A program made the translations under genes and the position numbers. From Bacteroidota bacterium (GTDB lineage: Bacteria; Bacteroidota; Ignavibacteria; UBA10030; UBA6906), in the NCBI GenBank assembly GCA_038247945.1, contig JBBRUI010000001.1:650-64649 (forward strand): a DNA stretch of 64,000 nucleotides, written 5' to 3'. Positions within the stretch are counted from its first letter, which is position 1; each line of letters opens with the position of its first letter. A model generated the notes under the pieces. That model had not been told where the DNA came from. It was given only the letters and a program-made list of their open reading frames with translations, and did no database searches. Positions 9,140 through 19,092 of this stretch are shown one piece after another.

Positions 9140-11674
9140 ATGAAAAAATTCATAACTGTGCTGTATTTGCTTTGCCCAGGATTTCTTTTCGGACAAGTGA
9201 GTGACACGCTTGGCTTTTGGCATTTCGATGAGACCACGGGATCAACTCTCTTAGACTCCTCACCGAATCATAATAATGGAACAGCATATGGCCCCTCAAT
9301 TGTCGGAGGTATAACTGGAAATGCCAGAAATTTTAATGGGACAAGCAACTACGCAACGATGCCATCGAATGCCGCTTACAATTTCCAAAACTCAGAAAGC
9401 TTCACGGTTCGCGCGTGGGTAAAGACAACCGGAGCCGGGGGGATCATTCTCCGTAGAGGACTTGTTCCATTTCCTGGCTTTAACTTATCGACATATTTCG
9501 GACGCGCTGTTGGAGTAATTGGAAACCATCAAGGACAAACCTGGAACTGACACGATGCTCACAATAACGAGCACGCAGACGATCAACGACAATGTCTGGC
9601 ACGAGATAAGAATGGTGAGAGATAGAAGTCTAGGAAAATTGTTTCTATATGTAGATGGCATCTCCGCCGCCACCCCTCTGGATGATAATTTTACTATTCC
9701 GCTTACCAACGATCGACCATTGACGTTGGGAGCGTCCTTGGTACTCCCCGATTATTTCACTGGCTCTATCGATGAAGTCGCCATCTTCCGCGGTGCCCGA
9801 CACCCGATTTCTGTAATGAGTGATACTCTCGCTTTATATCATTTGAACGAGACCACAACATCAACCGTCATTGATTCGTCGATTTACAGGAACGACGGGA
9901 TAGCAAACGGGACAACAATCGTTCCCGGTCGTTTGGGTACTGCAAGGAACTTTAATGGGTTCGGTGACTATGTCCGAATTCCCAATCCTATTGGTGGAAT
10001 CTGGAATTTTTCTAATTCTCAGAGTTTTACCGTGAGTGCATGGGTAAAGACAAGTGGAACGGAAGGAATAATCGTGCGCAGAGGATTGGTCCCCGTCCCT
10101 GGTTTCCATTTGTCAATTCATTTTGGGCGCGCTATTGGTATCATCGGAAATCATAAAGGAAATAGTTGGAATGATACACTTCTTACGATGACCAGTACGC
10201 AACTGATAAATGACAATGTTTGGCATGAGATAAGGATGGTTAGGGATAGAAGTCAGGGAAAATTGTTTCTTTATGTAGATGGTATATCTGCCACTACTCC
10301 ACAGATTGATAATTTTACTACTCCACTTACCAACGACTGGCCATTGACGTTTGGTGCATCACTGATAATTCCTGATTATTTTACTGGCTCTATCGATGAA
10401 GTCGCCATCTTCCGCGGAGCCCGGCATCCCTCCGGCGCAGGCGTCCCCGTCATTGAAGTGTCGCCACCTCAACTCAATTTCGGAAATGTTTTTGTCGGAA
10501 CGAATGCGGTAAGAGATATTACGGTGAGGAACGTTGGTTTCTTTGATGCCCTGAGAGTAACCGGCATCTCATCGAACAATCCTCGGTTCGCTTCCAACGC
10601 TTCCGCGTTCTCTCTTCCTCCCGGCGTTGCGCGAAACGTGCAGGTAACATACACGCCAACCGCAGCGCGTATCGACACGGGCTCCCTCTCAATTTCAAGC
10701 AACGATACCACCCGCCCAGTTGTACGTGAAAAATAAACGGAAACGGTTTTGTGGCGGCTGCCGCTCCGCTTATTACATCTATCAGGGACATTCCTGAAGA
10801 TCAGGGGAAGCAAGTCCGCGTGACGTGGTATAAAAGCAGTCATGACAGTGTCGGCGATTCGCTTCGCATCGGGCAATATAGTCTCTGGAGGCGTGTCGGA
10901 TCGAACAACACTCTGTGGGATTTTATCGAATCCATTCCCGCTGTCCGGTTCACGCAGTACTCGTATGTTGCGCCAACGCTTTTCGATTCGAGTCGCACGA
11001 CCGGCATCCGGTTGTCTGTGTTCAGGGTTTCCGCGCATACGTTCAACGGTGTGCAAGTATTCTTTTCACCTTCCGATAGCGGCTACTCCGTCGATAACCT
11101 CGCACCGTTTGCGCCGATGAATCTTATAGCATCGTTCTCAAGTGGCCGCGTAAATCTGGGTTGGGTCGCTCCGCCCGATCCGGATGTGCAATTCTATGGC
11201 GTGCATCGTTCTACCGTACCCAATTTCCTCCCTTCAACAGCGAATCAGATCGGCACATCAAATACGCCTAATTATGTCGACCAGAGCGTCGCAGGAAATC
11301 CCGTATATTATTATTGTGTCACTGCATCTGACACCACCGGAAACCAAAGCGGTCCATCCAATCAGGTCTTGGTTACAATTACGGATGCCGGGAACACGGA
11401 AACACCGCCGGGACAATTCCAACTCTACCAGAATTATCCTAATCCGTTCAACCCATCGTCGCGTATTCGGTACGACCTTGCAAGTGAAGGCCGGGTATTG
11501 ATACAACTGTACGATATGCTCGGACGAGTAGTCTTGACTCTGGTAGATGAAAATAAAACTGCCGGTCGGTACGAGTTACACGTGAACGCGCAGAATCTTT
11601 CCAGCGGCGTGTACATGTATCGCATACAGGCGGGGAGCTATTCAAGCCTCAAGAAAATGATTTTGATGAAGTAA
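9140..11674 (+). pseudogene. T9SS-secreted LamG-repeat protein with two frame breaks. The domain order is signal peptide, two LamG (Laminin_G_3) repeats, a choice-of-anchor/ASH-like domain, an FN3-like region and a Por_Secre_tail domain.
   Basis: Track ORFs 9140..9550 (frame 2), 9519..10736 (frame 0) and 10751..11674 (frame 2) form one protein. The two ~200-aa LamG repeats (WHFDETTGS...FRGARHP) are nearly identical, and repeat 1 is split by a 1-nt insertion near 9547 (tggaacTgacacg versus tggaatgatacact in repeat 2). The frame returns at the A5 run 10729..10733. The C-terminus has the NPFNP T9SS sorting motif. Confidence 0.6.
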
Positions 11675-11697
11675 AATCAACATCGGAGAGAGGAGGG

Positions 11698-12975
11698 ATG
11701 TCGCATTTGAAGATTATCGTGATTTGTTTGATGGTACTTGTTTCGGCCGCGAACAGTCAAAACTCATGGCAGCGCCACGCCGGCGGTCCGGTCGTGCCCG
11801 TGTGGGCAGGAAACATCAACGACCCCAGCAGCTATAAGTACACATATGAGCCGAGCGTACTCTACGACAGTACAGCAAGCATGTATAAAATGTGGTTCGT
11901 GTATCAGGCATATGGTTTCGGCGTGAGCTGGAGCATTGGTCACGCGGTTTCATATGATGGTGTGAATTGGTTCGTGTACAGTAAAAATCCGGTATTGGGG
12001 GTCGGACATCCTGGAGCTTTTGATCGCGATGGGGTTGTCGCTCCTTGTGTGATAAGAGTAGCCAATACATACATAATGTATTATCAAGGCTACTATGGTT
12101 CTCCCGCAGTCTGGCAGGTCGGAGTTGCAACCTCCACTGACGGTACTTCATGGACGAAGTATTCCGGCAATCCGGTACTCACTGTGCGTCTGGGAACATT
12201 TGAGTCTGTTGCTGTTGGTGCATCGAAAGTAGTTTTCGATGAAAGTCAATATCTTATGTTCTATAGTGGTTTCAACGGGACTGTTTATGAAATCGGGCTT
12301 GCGACTTCTACAGACGGTTTTGCTTGGACGCGGAATTTGCAGAATCCTGTTCTTCGCCGCGGAGTGATCGGTTCGTGGGATCAGGCGTCCGTTACCACCA
12401 ATGCGATTTTTGTCAAACAGGGAATCTACTATCTTTTCTATGGCGGCGGGCCTTTTGCACCAATAGGATATGCGACATCCACAAATGGAGTCGAGTGGAC
12501 GAAATACATCGGCAACCCGGTTTTCTCGGCCGGGTCTCCCGGAAGCTGGGATGCAAGTCGTGTTGAGTATGGTACGATGGTGTTGCAGGGGAATGTGTTG
12601 AAGTATTGGTACTCAGGATTCGGGTATTCTTCTGCACTTGGCCAAGACGTCTGGCAGATTGGCCATGCGACTTCGAATTTTGTAACGTCGGCTCAGGAAA
12701 TCAGACGGCCAACGCCGACGACTTATCTGCTTGAACAAAGCTCTCCCAATCCGTTCAATCCAGAGACAGAAATCAGATTTTCCATTCCAACAAACGAATT
12801 CGTCGTTGTCAAGGTGTTTGACGGACTTGGGAAAGAATTGCAGACATTGATGAGTGAACAAAAGCCCGCCGGTTCATACACGCTTCGGTGGAAACCCGAG
12901 TCCGCGGCATCCGGTGTGTACTATTATCGGATGACTGTGGGAAGTTTCATCGGGACAAAAAAATGGTTCTCATAA
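11698..12975 (+). CDS. Beta-propeller glycoside hydrolase-like protein (GH43/GH130-clan-like) with a T9SS C-terminal domain
   Basis: Signal peptide, then four or more tandem blades with the motif W-x-K/R-Y-x-G-NPVL...G-x-WD. The C-terminus is SPNPFNPETEIRFSIP (Por_Secre_tail). Confidence 0.45.
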   Translation: MSHLKIIVICLMVLVSAANSQNSWQRHAGGPVVPVWAGNINDPSSYKYTYEPSVLYDSTASMYKMWFVYQAYGFGVSWSIGHAVSYDGVNWFVYSKNPVLGVGHPGAFDRDGVVAPCVIRVANTYIMYYQGYYGSPAVWQVGVATSTDGTSWTKYSGNPVLTVRLGTFESVAVGASKVVFDESQYLMFYSGFNGTVYEIGLATSTDGFAWTRNLQNPVLRRGVIGSWDQASVTTNAIFVKQGIYYLFYGGGPFAPIGYATSTNGVEWTKYIGNPVFSAGSPGSWDASRVEYGTMVLQGNVLKYWYSGFGYSSALGQDVWQIGHATSNFVTSAQEIRRPTPTTYLLEQSSPNPFNPETEIRFSIPTNEFVVVKVFDGLGKELQTLMSEQKPAGSYTLRWKPESAASGVYYYRMTVGSFIGTKKWFS

Positions 12976-13000
12976 AATAGATTTCCAAAATCTGCACGAA

Positions 13001-13035
13001 CGAAGTGAAGCTCTAACACTGTAGCGCTCCACTTC
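13001..13035. terminator. Hairpin between convergent genes (possible bidirectional terminator)
   Basis: cgaagtgaagc...gctccacttcg, a 10/11-bp stem between the 3' ends of 11698..12975 (+) and 13058..14518 (-). The T-tract is weak. Confidence 0.3.
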
Positions 13036-13057
13036 GCTCTGCAAAACATCTCTGACA

Positions 13058-14518
13058 TTACATCGCCATCTTTGCCGCTTTCGTGCGGATGAAGGCGCTG
13101 TTCAAGCCCGCCAATCCGTTGAATTCCGCCGCTTTCTTGTAGAACTCCTTCGCTTTTGCATTGTCGCCTTTTGATTGATATGCCTGCCCAAGCCTGAAGA
13201 GATTCTGCGGGTCTTGCTGGCTGGCCTGGTTGAGTTCTGCTATAGCACCATCGTAGTTTTTCTCGGCAAGAGCGATCATGCCCATAAGCTCGTGTGCCTG
13301 GCGAATCTGGTTTTGGTTCTTGTTTGCGTCGGTGCTTTTTCGGAATTCTTCCGCTTCAGCTTTTGCCTGCGCCATATCCTTCTTTCCGATTGCTACTGTT
13401 CCCATATTATAATGATGGAACAATCGCGCATTGTCCTTCACATCCTGCGACATATCCGATTTATCCGAAAGCTCGATGGATTTTTCAAACGCCACTCGGG
13501 CATCATCATATTTTCCCATCTCAACAAGAATATTCCCTTTCACGGCAAGATCACCGGACATTTGAGCGAGATCGTTGATTTTTTCTGCCATGGCATATTG
13601 TTTCTCCGCTTCCTGAAGCGCGTCATTCATCTTCCCTGCATCAACATACACCACTGTTTGAGTAACCATTGCGGTACGGCGCTCGCCGTCGTTGCGCGAC
13701 ATGTCCGTCAGTTTCTTTAATTCCGCAGACGCGCTGTCTGTCATCCCCTTGTACATATAGTTCGCTGCAATCCCGCTGTACGATGCAACAAAGTTCGGGT
13801 CGATGGCAAGAGCCTTACGATAATGCGCGATCGATTCATCGTAGCGTCCCATCTTCATCAATAATTCGGCGTACGAATCATGGGGATTGGGATCGTTGGG
13901 AATCATCTCAGTGTATTTCTTGAATGCTTTCTCGGCTTCATCATATTTTCCTGACTGTCGATACGCGTAGCCGATGATATTGTACACGGGAGAATATCCG
14001 GGATTAATCTCCATCGCTTTCTTGTAATGTTCGATCGCACCATCATAGTCCTGTTGCCCGAACAGGAATCCGCCTAATGCAAAATGCGCACGTTCGTCTT
14101 TGGGATATTTCGCCACGAGTGTTTCAAGATATTCCCGTTGCTTGGCTGAGTTGCCGCTCGTGCCCGCGTCGTTTGCAAGAATAAGCAACCGTTCCCCTTC
14201 TGAAGCTTTATCGGCATGAGCAACCGCGTGCTTCAAATGTTCAAAGAATTCTTTCGCCGTTGTCGCGACGTTCGCACGCGCAAGATGCGCCGCTGCGAAG
14301 TTTGGATCAAGTGCAATGGCCTTGTCAAAATGCTCAATGGAGTTGGTCTGCAAAAGTTTGTCAGCTAAACCGCGTCCCTCCAGGAAATGCTTCTTGGCTT
14401 CCTCAGAAGACGTAGTGACCGGAATCTTTCCATCCTCTACTTTTTTCGCACAACCGGAAAACCAGCACAGCCCAACAACACAAACCGCGACATACAACGA
14501 TACATGAAACCATTTCAT
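13058..14518 (-). CDS. Tetratricopeptide-repeat lipoprotein
   Basis: Signal peptide with the lipobox FSGC. Multiple TPR-like repeats with the (A/G)xxYxxLGxxYxxxGxYDEAIxxYKKAL pattern. Confidence 0.75.
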   Translation of the reverse strand: MKWFHVSLYVAVCVVGLCWFSGCAKKVEDGKIPVTTSSEEAKKHFLEGRGLADKLLQTNSIEHFDKAIALDPNFAAAHLARANVATTAKEFFEHLKHAVAHADKASEGERLLILANDAGTSGNSAKQREYLETLVAKYPKDERAHFALGGFLFGQQDYDGAIEHYKKAMEINPGYSPVYNIIGYAYRQSGKYDEAEKAFKKYTEMIPNDPNPHDSYAELLMKMGRYDESIAHYRKALAIDPNFVASYSGIAANYMYKGMTDSASAELKKLTDMSRNDGERRTAMVTQTVVYVDAGKMNDALQEAEKQYAMAEKINDLAQMSGDLAVKGNILVEMGKYDDARVAFEKSIELSDKSDMSQDVKDNARLFHHYNMGTVAIGKKDMAQAKAEAEEFRKSTDANKNQNQIRQAHELMGMIALAEKNYDGAIAELNQASQQDPQNLFRLGQAYQSKGDNAKAKEFYKKAAEFNGLAGLNSAFIRTKAAKMAM

Positions 14519-14748
14519 GGTTGCCTCCCGTTGTGTTTATGCCTGCAAGCAGGCGGTTTGAATGTGTAGTGAATTAACTGCTGTGAATGTTAGATCGATG
14601 CTGAAGATTTATTGTCCTCTATAAGAAGGTGTCGATGGATGCACTGAATGCTGTTCGATGACCGGTCGTGCAGCAAGGAGAATACTCAATTCATGCAGAA
14701 TCAGGTGGGCAAGATTACCGAATGTGCTGAGCAAAATCAAGCGATATT

Positions 14749-15951
14749 TTACTCCGTCGCCTTTTCCGGCAACGGCGCACTGGTAAAGAAATCCTTATAG
14801 AATCTATCAGTGTAGGTTTTCAGAAGTTCTTCCACTCGTTCCTGCCGGGGTGACCGAAAGATGAGTCCCGCATGATGTTTCTTGTTAAGACGCCACACGA
14901 CTTCAGGATCATTGTACGCCTGAAGATCGGGCCATTCTTGTTTGGCAAGAGAGATCATCAGTCCGGCATAATCTGAACGAAGCGGAGTTGCCTTGTAGTC
15001 TCCGTTCGAGCATTCTATCTTAGCCCACTCCGCCCACAAATTCAGGCCCGATGCAGCTTCAACCAGATCCGCTATATGCGCACCACCAACACGCGCAGAA
15101 GTTTCAAGAAAAAAAAACTTGCCGTCGGCATCACCTTGTATGAACTCCGTATGCGAAACTCCTTCTGCAAGTCCGAGTGATTGCAGCGTGAGTTTGTTCA
15201 TGGCGCGCAACGCGTCTTCATCGGGCGAGTCGCGCAGCACAGTGCGACTGCTGAACACGCGTCCTTCGTGCGCGACTTCCATAGGCGGACGGCCGTATTT
15301 GCAGACAATGGCGAAGACAATTTCCTTTTTGTAGATGATGGAATCGACATGGTAGATTGCGCCGGGTATGAATTGCTCCAACACGTAAAACGATTGCTTG
15401 TCGCCGAGCGTGTTCAGCGCATCCCATAATTCTTGTTCGTGATGTATTTTTTTGATCCCAATGGCGCCTGCCTGCAGCCGCGGCTTGAGGACATACGGCG
15501 GCGGAATGTTCGCCAGGAAGGATTTAATCTTTTCATAATTCAGAATGTGAACGAACGGTGGCACAGGGATGCCGGCGCTCTTCGCCTTCGCCCTCATGGC
15601 AAGCTTGTCGCGGAAGTGTCTCGCCGCTGAATCCCCCATTCCCGCCATGCGAAGATGCTCGCGCAACGCTGCCGCCTTCTCAACATCAAAATCATCGAGC
15701 GCAACAACTTTATCGATATGAACAGTCCGAGCCATGAAACTGACGCCGTAGATCATGTCGTTCATGTTCCATTCTTTGTCGACGTCGGGGATGTAATACA
15801 TCTCGTCGATACTTTCCTTCGGCCATTCTGCATTCTCCAGACTTTTTGAGGTCAGTAAAATTACGCGGGCGCCTTGCCGTTTTGCTTCACGGAGGAATTC
15901 AAAGCCCTTATGGTAGCTGGTGATGCAGAGGAGGGTGAGAGGGTTACTCAT
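14749..15951 (-). CDS. ATP-grasp domain protein
   Basis: Central ATP-grasp fold motifs (YVLKPRLQAGAIGI...VLEQFIPG...FFFLETSARVGGAHI). Its 5' end is duplicated at 16648..16706. Confidence 0.7.
   Translation of the reverse strand: MSNPLTLLCITSYHKGFEFLREAKRQGARVILLTSKSLENAEWPKESIDEMYYIPDVDKEWNMNDMIYGVSFMARTVHIDKVVALDDFDVEKAAALREHLRMAGMGDSAARHFRDKLAMRAKAKSAGIPVPPFVHILNYEKIKSFLANIPPPYVLKPRLQAGAIGIKKIHHEQELWDALNTLGDKQSFYVLEQFIPGAIYHVDSIIYKKEIVFAIVCKYGRPPMEVAHEGRVFSSRTVLRDSPDEDALRAMNKLTLQSLGLAEGVSHTEFIQGDADGKFFFLETSARVGGAHIADLVEAASGLNLWAEWAKIECSNGDYKATPLRSDYAGLMISLAKQEWPDLQAYNDPEVVWRLNKKHHAGLIFRSPRQERVEELLKTYTDRFYKDFFTSAPLPEKATE
15881..15939. repeat. Direct repeat copy 1 (5' end of the ATP-grasp gene); copy 2 is at 16648..16706
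   Basis: A ~59-nt segment tttgcttc...aaagcccttatggtagctggtgatgcagaggagggtgag recurs at 16648..16706 with about 85% identity. Confidence 0.7.
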
Positions 15952-15998
15952 CTAATGTTGGAAATGCGTTTCTGATGGATTACCGGGAATACAAGAAG

Positions 15999-16364
15999 CT
16001 ATGTTGTTTCCATAGATTTGCACCGAAGATTTTGAATGCGTCGAAAAATCGGATCATTCGAAATAAGTTCTGCGTCTATTACTAACGCTGTTGCCGCCAC
16101 AATTGCGTCAGGAATCTTGAGCCTGTATTCGCGTCGAACTTCAATGGCGCGGCGTTTAACAGCAACATCAAGGTCAACTATTGTTGTGTCGTCAAGGAAC
16201 TTTCTGAGTGTGGATTCCTCTTCTGGTGACAGCGAATGATATGAGAGAAGTTCGATTTCTGAAATAGCAGAAACAAAGAAGCTGGCTGGTGGAATCTCAG
16301 AGACCAACTGTCCGCCCAGATGGTACAAGATGATGTTGGTATCGAGGACAACCGTCATTGCCAT
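15999..16364 (-). CDS. vapC: PIN-domain toxin VapC
   Basis: MAMTVVLDTNIILYHL...DAIVAATALV shows the PIN-domain acidic residues. It overlaps the upstream small antitoxin ORF. Confidence 0.8.
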   Translation of the reverse strand: MAMTVVLDTNIILYHLGGQLVSEIPPASFFVSAISEIELLSYHSLSPEEESTLRKFLDDTTIVDLDVAVKRRAIEVRREYRLKIPDAIVAATALVIDAELISNDPIFRRIQNLRCKSMETT

Positions 16365-16564
16365 TCAGCACGAACCCTCTGTTGGTATTTCAGGGGATCT
16401 TCAACGATTCGTATTTTCCCTGAATATCGAGAGAGGTCAACTTCCTTGCCAGCGGACATTATTCCAAGTTCACGCTCGATCTCCTGCCAATCTTCATAAT
16501 CAATCTGCACTGCAACCGGCCGCTTGTGTTCATCGGCAATGATTTTCTTTTTGATGTCTCGCAT
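16355..16564 (-). CDS. Putative VapB-type antitoxin
   Basis: 69-aa ORF overlapping the vapC start by 10 nt. Operon position supports the antitoxin call; the family is uncertain. Confidence 0.5.
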   Translation of the reverse strand: MRDIKKKIIADEHKRPVAVQIDYEDWQEIERELGIMSAGKEVDLSRYSGKIRIVEDPLKYQQRVRAEWQ

Positions 16565-16647
16565 ATCAGTCTCCCAAGAGAGTGTGTGTACAGCAACCCG
16601 TAAGAAACTACGTCAAAAACATCCTGATTGTCAAACGGCTCGACCAC

Positions 16648-16706
16648 TTTGCTTCGCGCAGAAAATCAAAGCCTTTATGGTAGCTGGTGATGCAGAGGAG
16701 GGTAAG
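16648..16706. repeat. Direct repeat copy 2; it encodes a remnant N-terminus of the ATP-grasp gene on the minus strand
   Basis: Minus-strand ATG at 16707..16709 followed by MLTLLCITSYHKGFDFLREAK, matching MSNPLTLLCITSYHKGFEFLREAK of 14749..15951. The remnant runs into a stop after about 33 codons. Confidence 0.7.
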
Positions 16707-16711
16707 CATAG

Positions 16712-17083
16712 TTAGTCAGATTCAAAGAAATCAATGAGGAGGGATTTGAAGGTAGCAACATCTTGACTGGTCAGTCTGCCAAGCCTCTTGATGATCAGCG
16801 ATTTGTCGATCGTCGAAAACTTCATTCTTAATTTTGATGGCTTGGGAAGACCCGCTTCCTTCCAGTGTTTCAAAATATAATCACCATTCTTTTCTTCCGT
16901 TTGAAGATTACTCGTGATGAATGCTATCACAATATCTTGGTCCCGATTGTAGACTTTGGGAGAGACAATGAGAGCGGGCCGGCGTTTTACGGATTTGAGA
17001 TTTGTGAATGGAAATGGAACAAGGACGATATCCCACTTATTACAGGCGGTCGTAGATGGCATCTTCCTCGTTGTCCCATTCAC
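16712..17083 (-). CDS. MazF/PemK-family toxin
   Basis: WDIVLVPFPFTNLKSVKRRPALIVSP is the MazF/PemK signature. The true start is probably the internal Met at about 17062. Confidence 0.7.
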   Translation of the reverse strand: MNGTTRKMPSTTACNKWDIVLVPFPFTNLKSVKRRPALIVSPKVYNRDQDIVIAFITSNLQTEEKNGDYILKHWKEAGLPKPSKLRMKFSTIDKSLIIKRLGRLTSQDVATFKSLLIDFFESD

Positions 17084-17264
17084 TGAAGGATTTCTGCGAC
17101 AACTTCATGATTGCTCTTACTTCTTTCTTTTCCCGCGCCTGTTGCTTCAGGAAATCGCGAACAAGTTCGTCAAGCAAGGTGTTAACGGACTTGCCGTTCT
17201 TTGCAGCAATCGATTGTAGTCTTGCTTTTCTTTGGGGGTTGATTTTAACTGTCGTTATCGACAT
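17040..17264 (-). CDS. Ribbon-helix-helix antitoxin (MazE/CopG-like)
   Basis: 74 aa, TVKINPQRKARLQSIAAKNGKSVNTLLDELVRDFL (RHH-like). It lies upstream of and overlaps the MazF-like gene. Confidence 0.55.
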   Translation of the reverse strand: MSITTVKINPQRKARLQSIAAKNGKSVNTLLDELVRDFLKQQAREKKEVRAIMKLSQKSFSEWDNEEDAIYDRL

Positions 17265-17349
17265 TGGATGTCCCAGATTAAAATTCTCACTTAGAATATA
17301 ACTGATTGCTTTTCACAGCGCAATACGTGTTCGGCTGCCCTCGATCGAT

Positions 17350-19047
17350 TCAGCCCTTCAGCGGCAACCTCAAAATCGGATACACCCTTTCCCCTCTGTC
17401 AAAGTAACGCGAGCGCTCATAGAAGAAATTCAACCGCAAGCCGGCGTCTTCGGCAAATCCCTCATCGTCTTCGATACGTGCTTCAAACTCATCACGCAAC
17501 GCGGGATTGTCCTTCAACATTTGTTGCGCTATCGGTTCCATGATATATGCCTCGGCATATTCCTTCCGCTCGAAGAACGCGTTGAAGAATCCCCAACTTA
17601 CAAACGAGTCGGGTGACTGCGGCTCCAGCAAATGCATAATAACCCGCAGTGCCCGTTGCTGTGTATAGATGATAAAGGCGCCTTCAGGCAGGATAGTGTT
17701 TTCGGCAAATCGTTCAACGTCGCAGGTAACTCGTTGACGTCCTTCATACGGACGCGGGGCAAACTCCGCGTTCGTGAATCGGTACCTCTCGACAAGAACA
17801 GCCTCCGGCTCGTTGATTGTCTTGACCTCGATGCCATGAAGCTTGATTATATCAACCAAGTAAGCGAACTCGCGCGGAACGACATACGCAAAAGGAACCT
17901 CAACCTCAATCTTAACCTCAGCCTTATCGTACAACGGAATGTCGAACTCTTTCGGGCTTGCATCGTACATCGGCACAGTTGAACCGGTAATCTCACTTTC
18001 CCGTTCAGTTGTCTCGAACCCTTTGAGTGTGAACTTCTCGAACTCATCAGTTCCTTCGATGACAAGCGGAAAAGATTTATGGTCGTGGAGATAATCGTGC
18101 ACGGTGTGTGTGTCTGCGAAGTAGTTGACGTTCTTCAGGTCGTTGTGGTGCGCATTGATAAACTCGAGCGCGGCAGCGTTCATCGCTTTTGTCGACAGTA
18201 CGCGGTTCTCGAACGACTTGAGCGAATGTGTTTCAACCAGCAGTAGAAGCCTGTTCTGCACTGCCGCATAACCGCTTGAGTAGCGGGGCAGGAGAGGCCA
18301 ATCGATAATCCCTTCAGCCAGATCGGTCCCGCGCAATTCCATGTAAGGCCCGGTAATGAATCCTTCAGCTTCGACTTGCCCGATCACATGCGGCATGAGT
18401 TTTTGTCGCGCCCAATCCGCAATTCCGCGGTCAATATTCTGATGTGTTTCGATACCGTATGTAATGTGGTACTGATAGTCAGCGCCGTTCGTGGTATGGT
18501 TGTCGATAAAAAAATCCGGTTGCCACGATGAATATAATTGCAGCAACGCTTTCATCTCCGGCGTGTCCGCTTTCATGTAGTCGCGGTTCAGATTCAGATT
18601 CCAGCTTGTGGTACGCCAGCCCATGTTCACCGGACCGTTTTGGTTCGGACGATTGAACGGACTTGTCCGCTCGTGCCCATCGACGTTGAGGATTGGGATG
18701 ATGACCAGAACACAGTTCTGCAGCAAATCCGCCCGTTCTCCCGTTACAAGAATCTCGCGCAACAGCAACATGCTCGCGTCTTTTCCTTCAATCTCGCCGG
18801 CATGAATTCCATTTTGAATCAAGACGACGACTTTCCCGTTTGCTCGTGCCGCGTGCGGCGAGAAGTCCCCATTGCCGACAACGATGAACTTCAGTTCTCT
18901 CCCCTGCGGCGATATGCCGAACGTAAACATCTCGGCTTTGCCTGTTGCTTCAAACTGCAGGAAGTATTTCATCGTTTCGTCATAGTCCGGCGATTCGAGG
19001 AAGTTGCTGCGTTCAAAATGGGTGAGGTATTCGGGCGGGAAAGTCAT
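17350..19047 (-). CDS. M14-family zinc carboxypeptidase
   Basis: Zinc-binding HxxE (GIHAGEIEG), an NRDY region and a downstream His ligand, as in M14 peptidases. 565 aa. Confidence 0.75.
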   Translation of the reverse strand: MTFPPEYLTHFERSNFLESPDYDETMKYFLQFEATGKAEMFTFGISPQGRELKFIVVGNGDFSPHAARANGKVVVLIQNGIHAGEIEGKDASMLLLREILVTGERADLLQNCVLVIIPILNVDGHERTSPFNRPNQNGPVNMGWRTTSWNLNLNRDYMKADTPEMKALLQLYSSWQPDFFIDNHTTNGADYQYHITYGIETHQNIDRGIADWARQKLMPHVIGQVEAEGFITGPYMELRGTDLAEGIIDWPLLPRYSSGYAAVQNRLLLLVETHSLKSFENRVLSTKAMNAAALEFINAHHNDLKNVNYFADTHTVHDYLHDHKSFPLVIEGTDEFEKFTLKGFETTERESEITGSTVPMYDASPKEFDIPLYDKAEVKIEVEVPFAYVVPREFAYLVDIIKLHGIEVKTINEPEAVLVERYRFTNAEFAPRPYEGRQRVTCDVERFAENTILPEGAFIIYTQQRALRVIMHLLEPQSPDSFVSWGFFNAFFERKEYAEAYIMEPIAQQMLKDNPALRDEFEARIEDDEGFAEDAGLRLNFFYERSRYFDRGERVYPILRLPLKG

Positions 19048-19092
19048 AACAATTTTTGGGTTTGAGATTACAGGGTACGCGAGCGCAGAACT

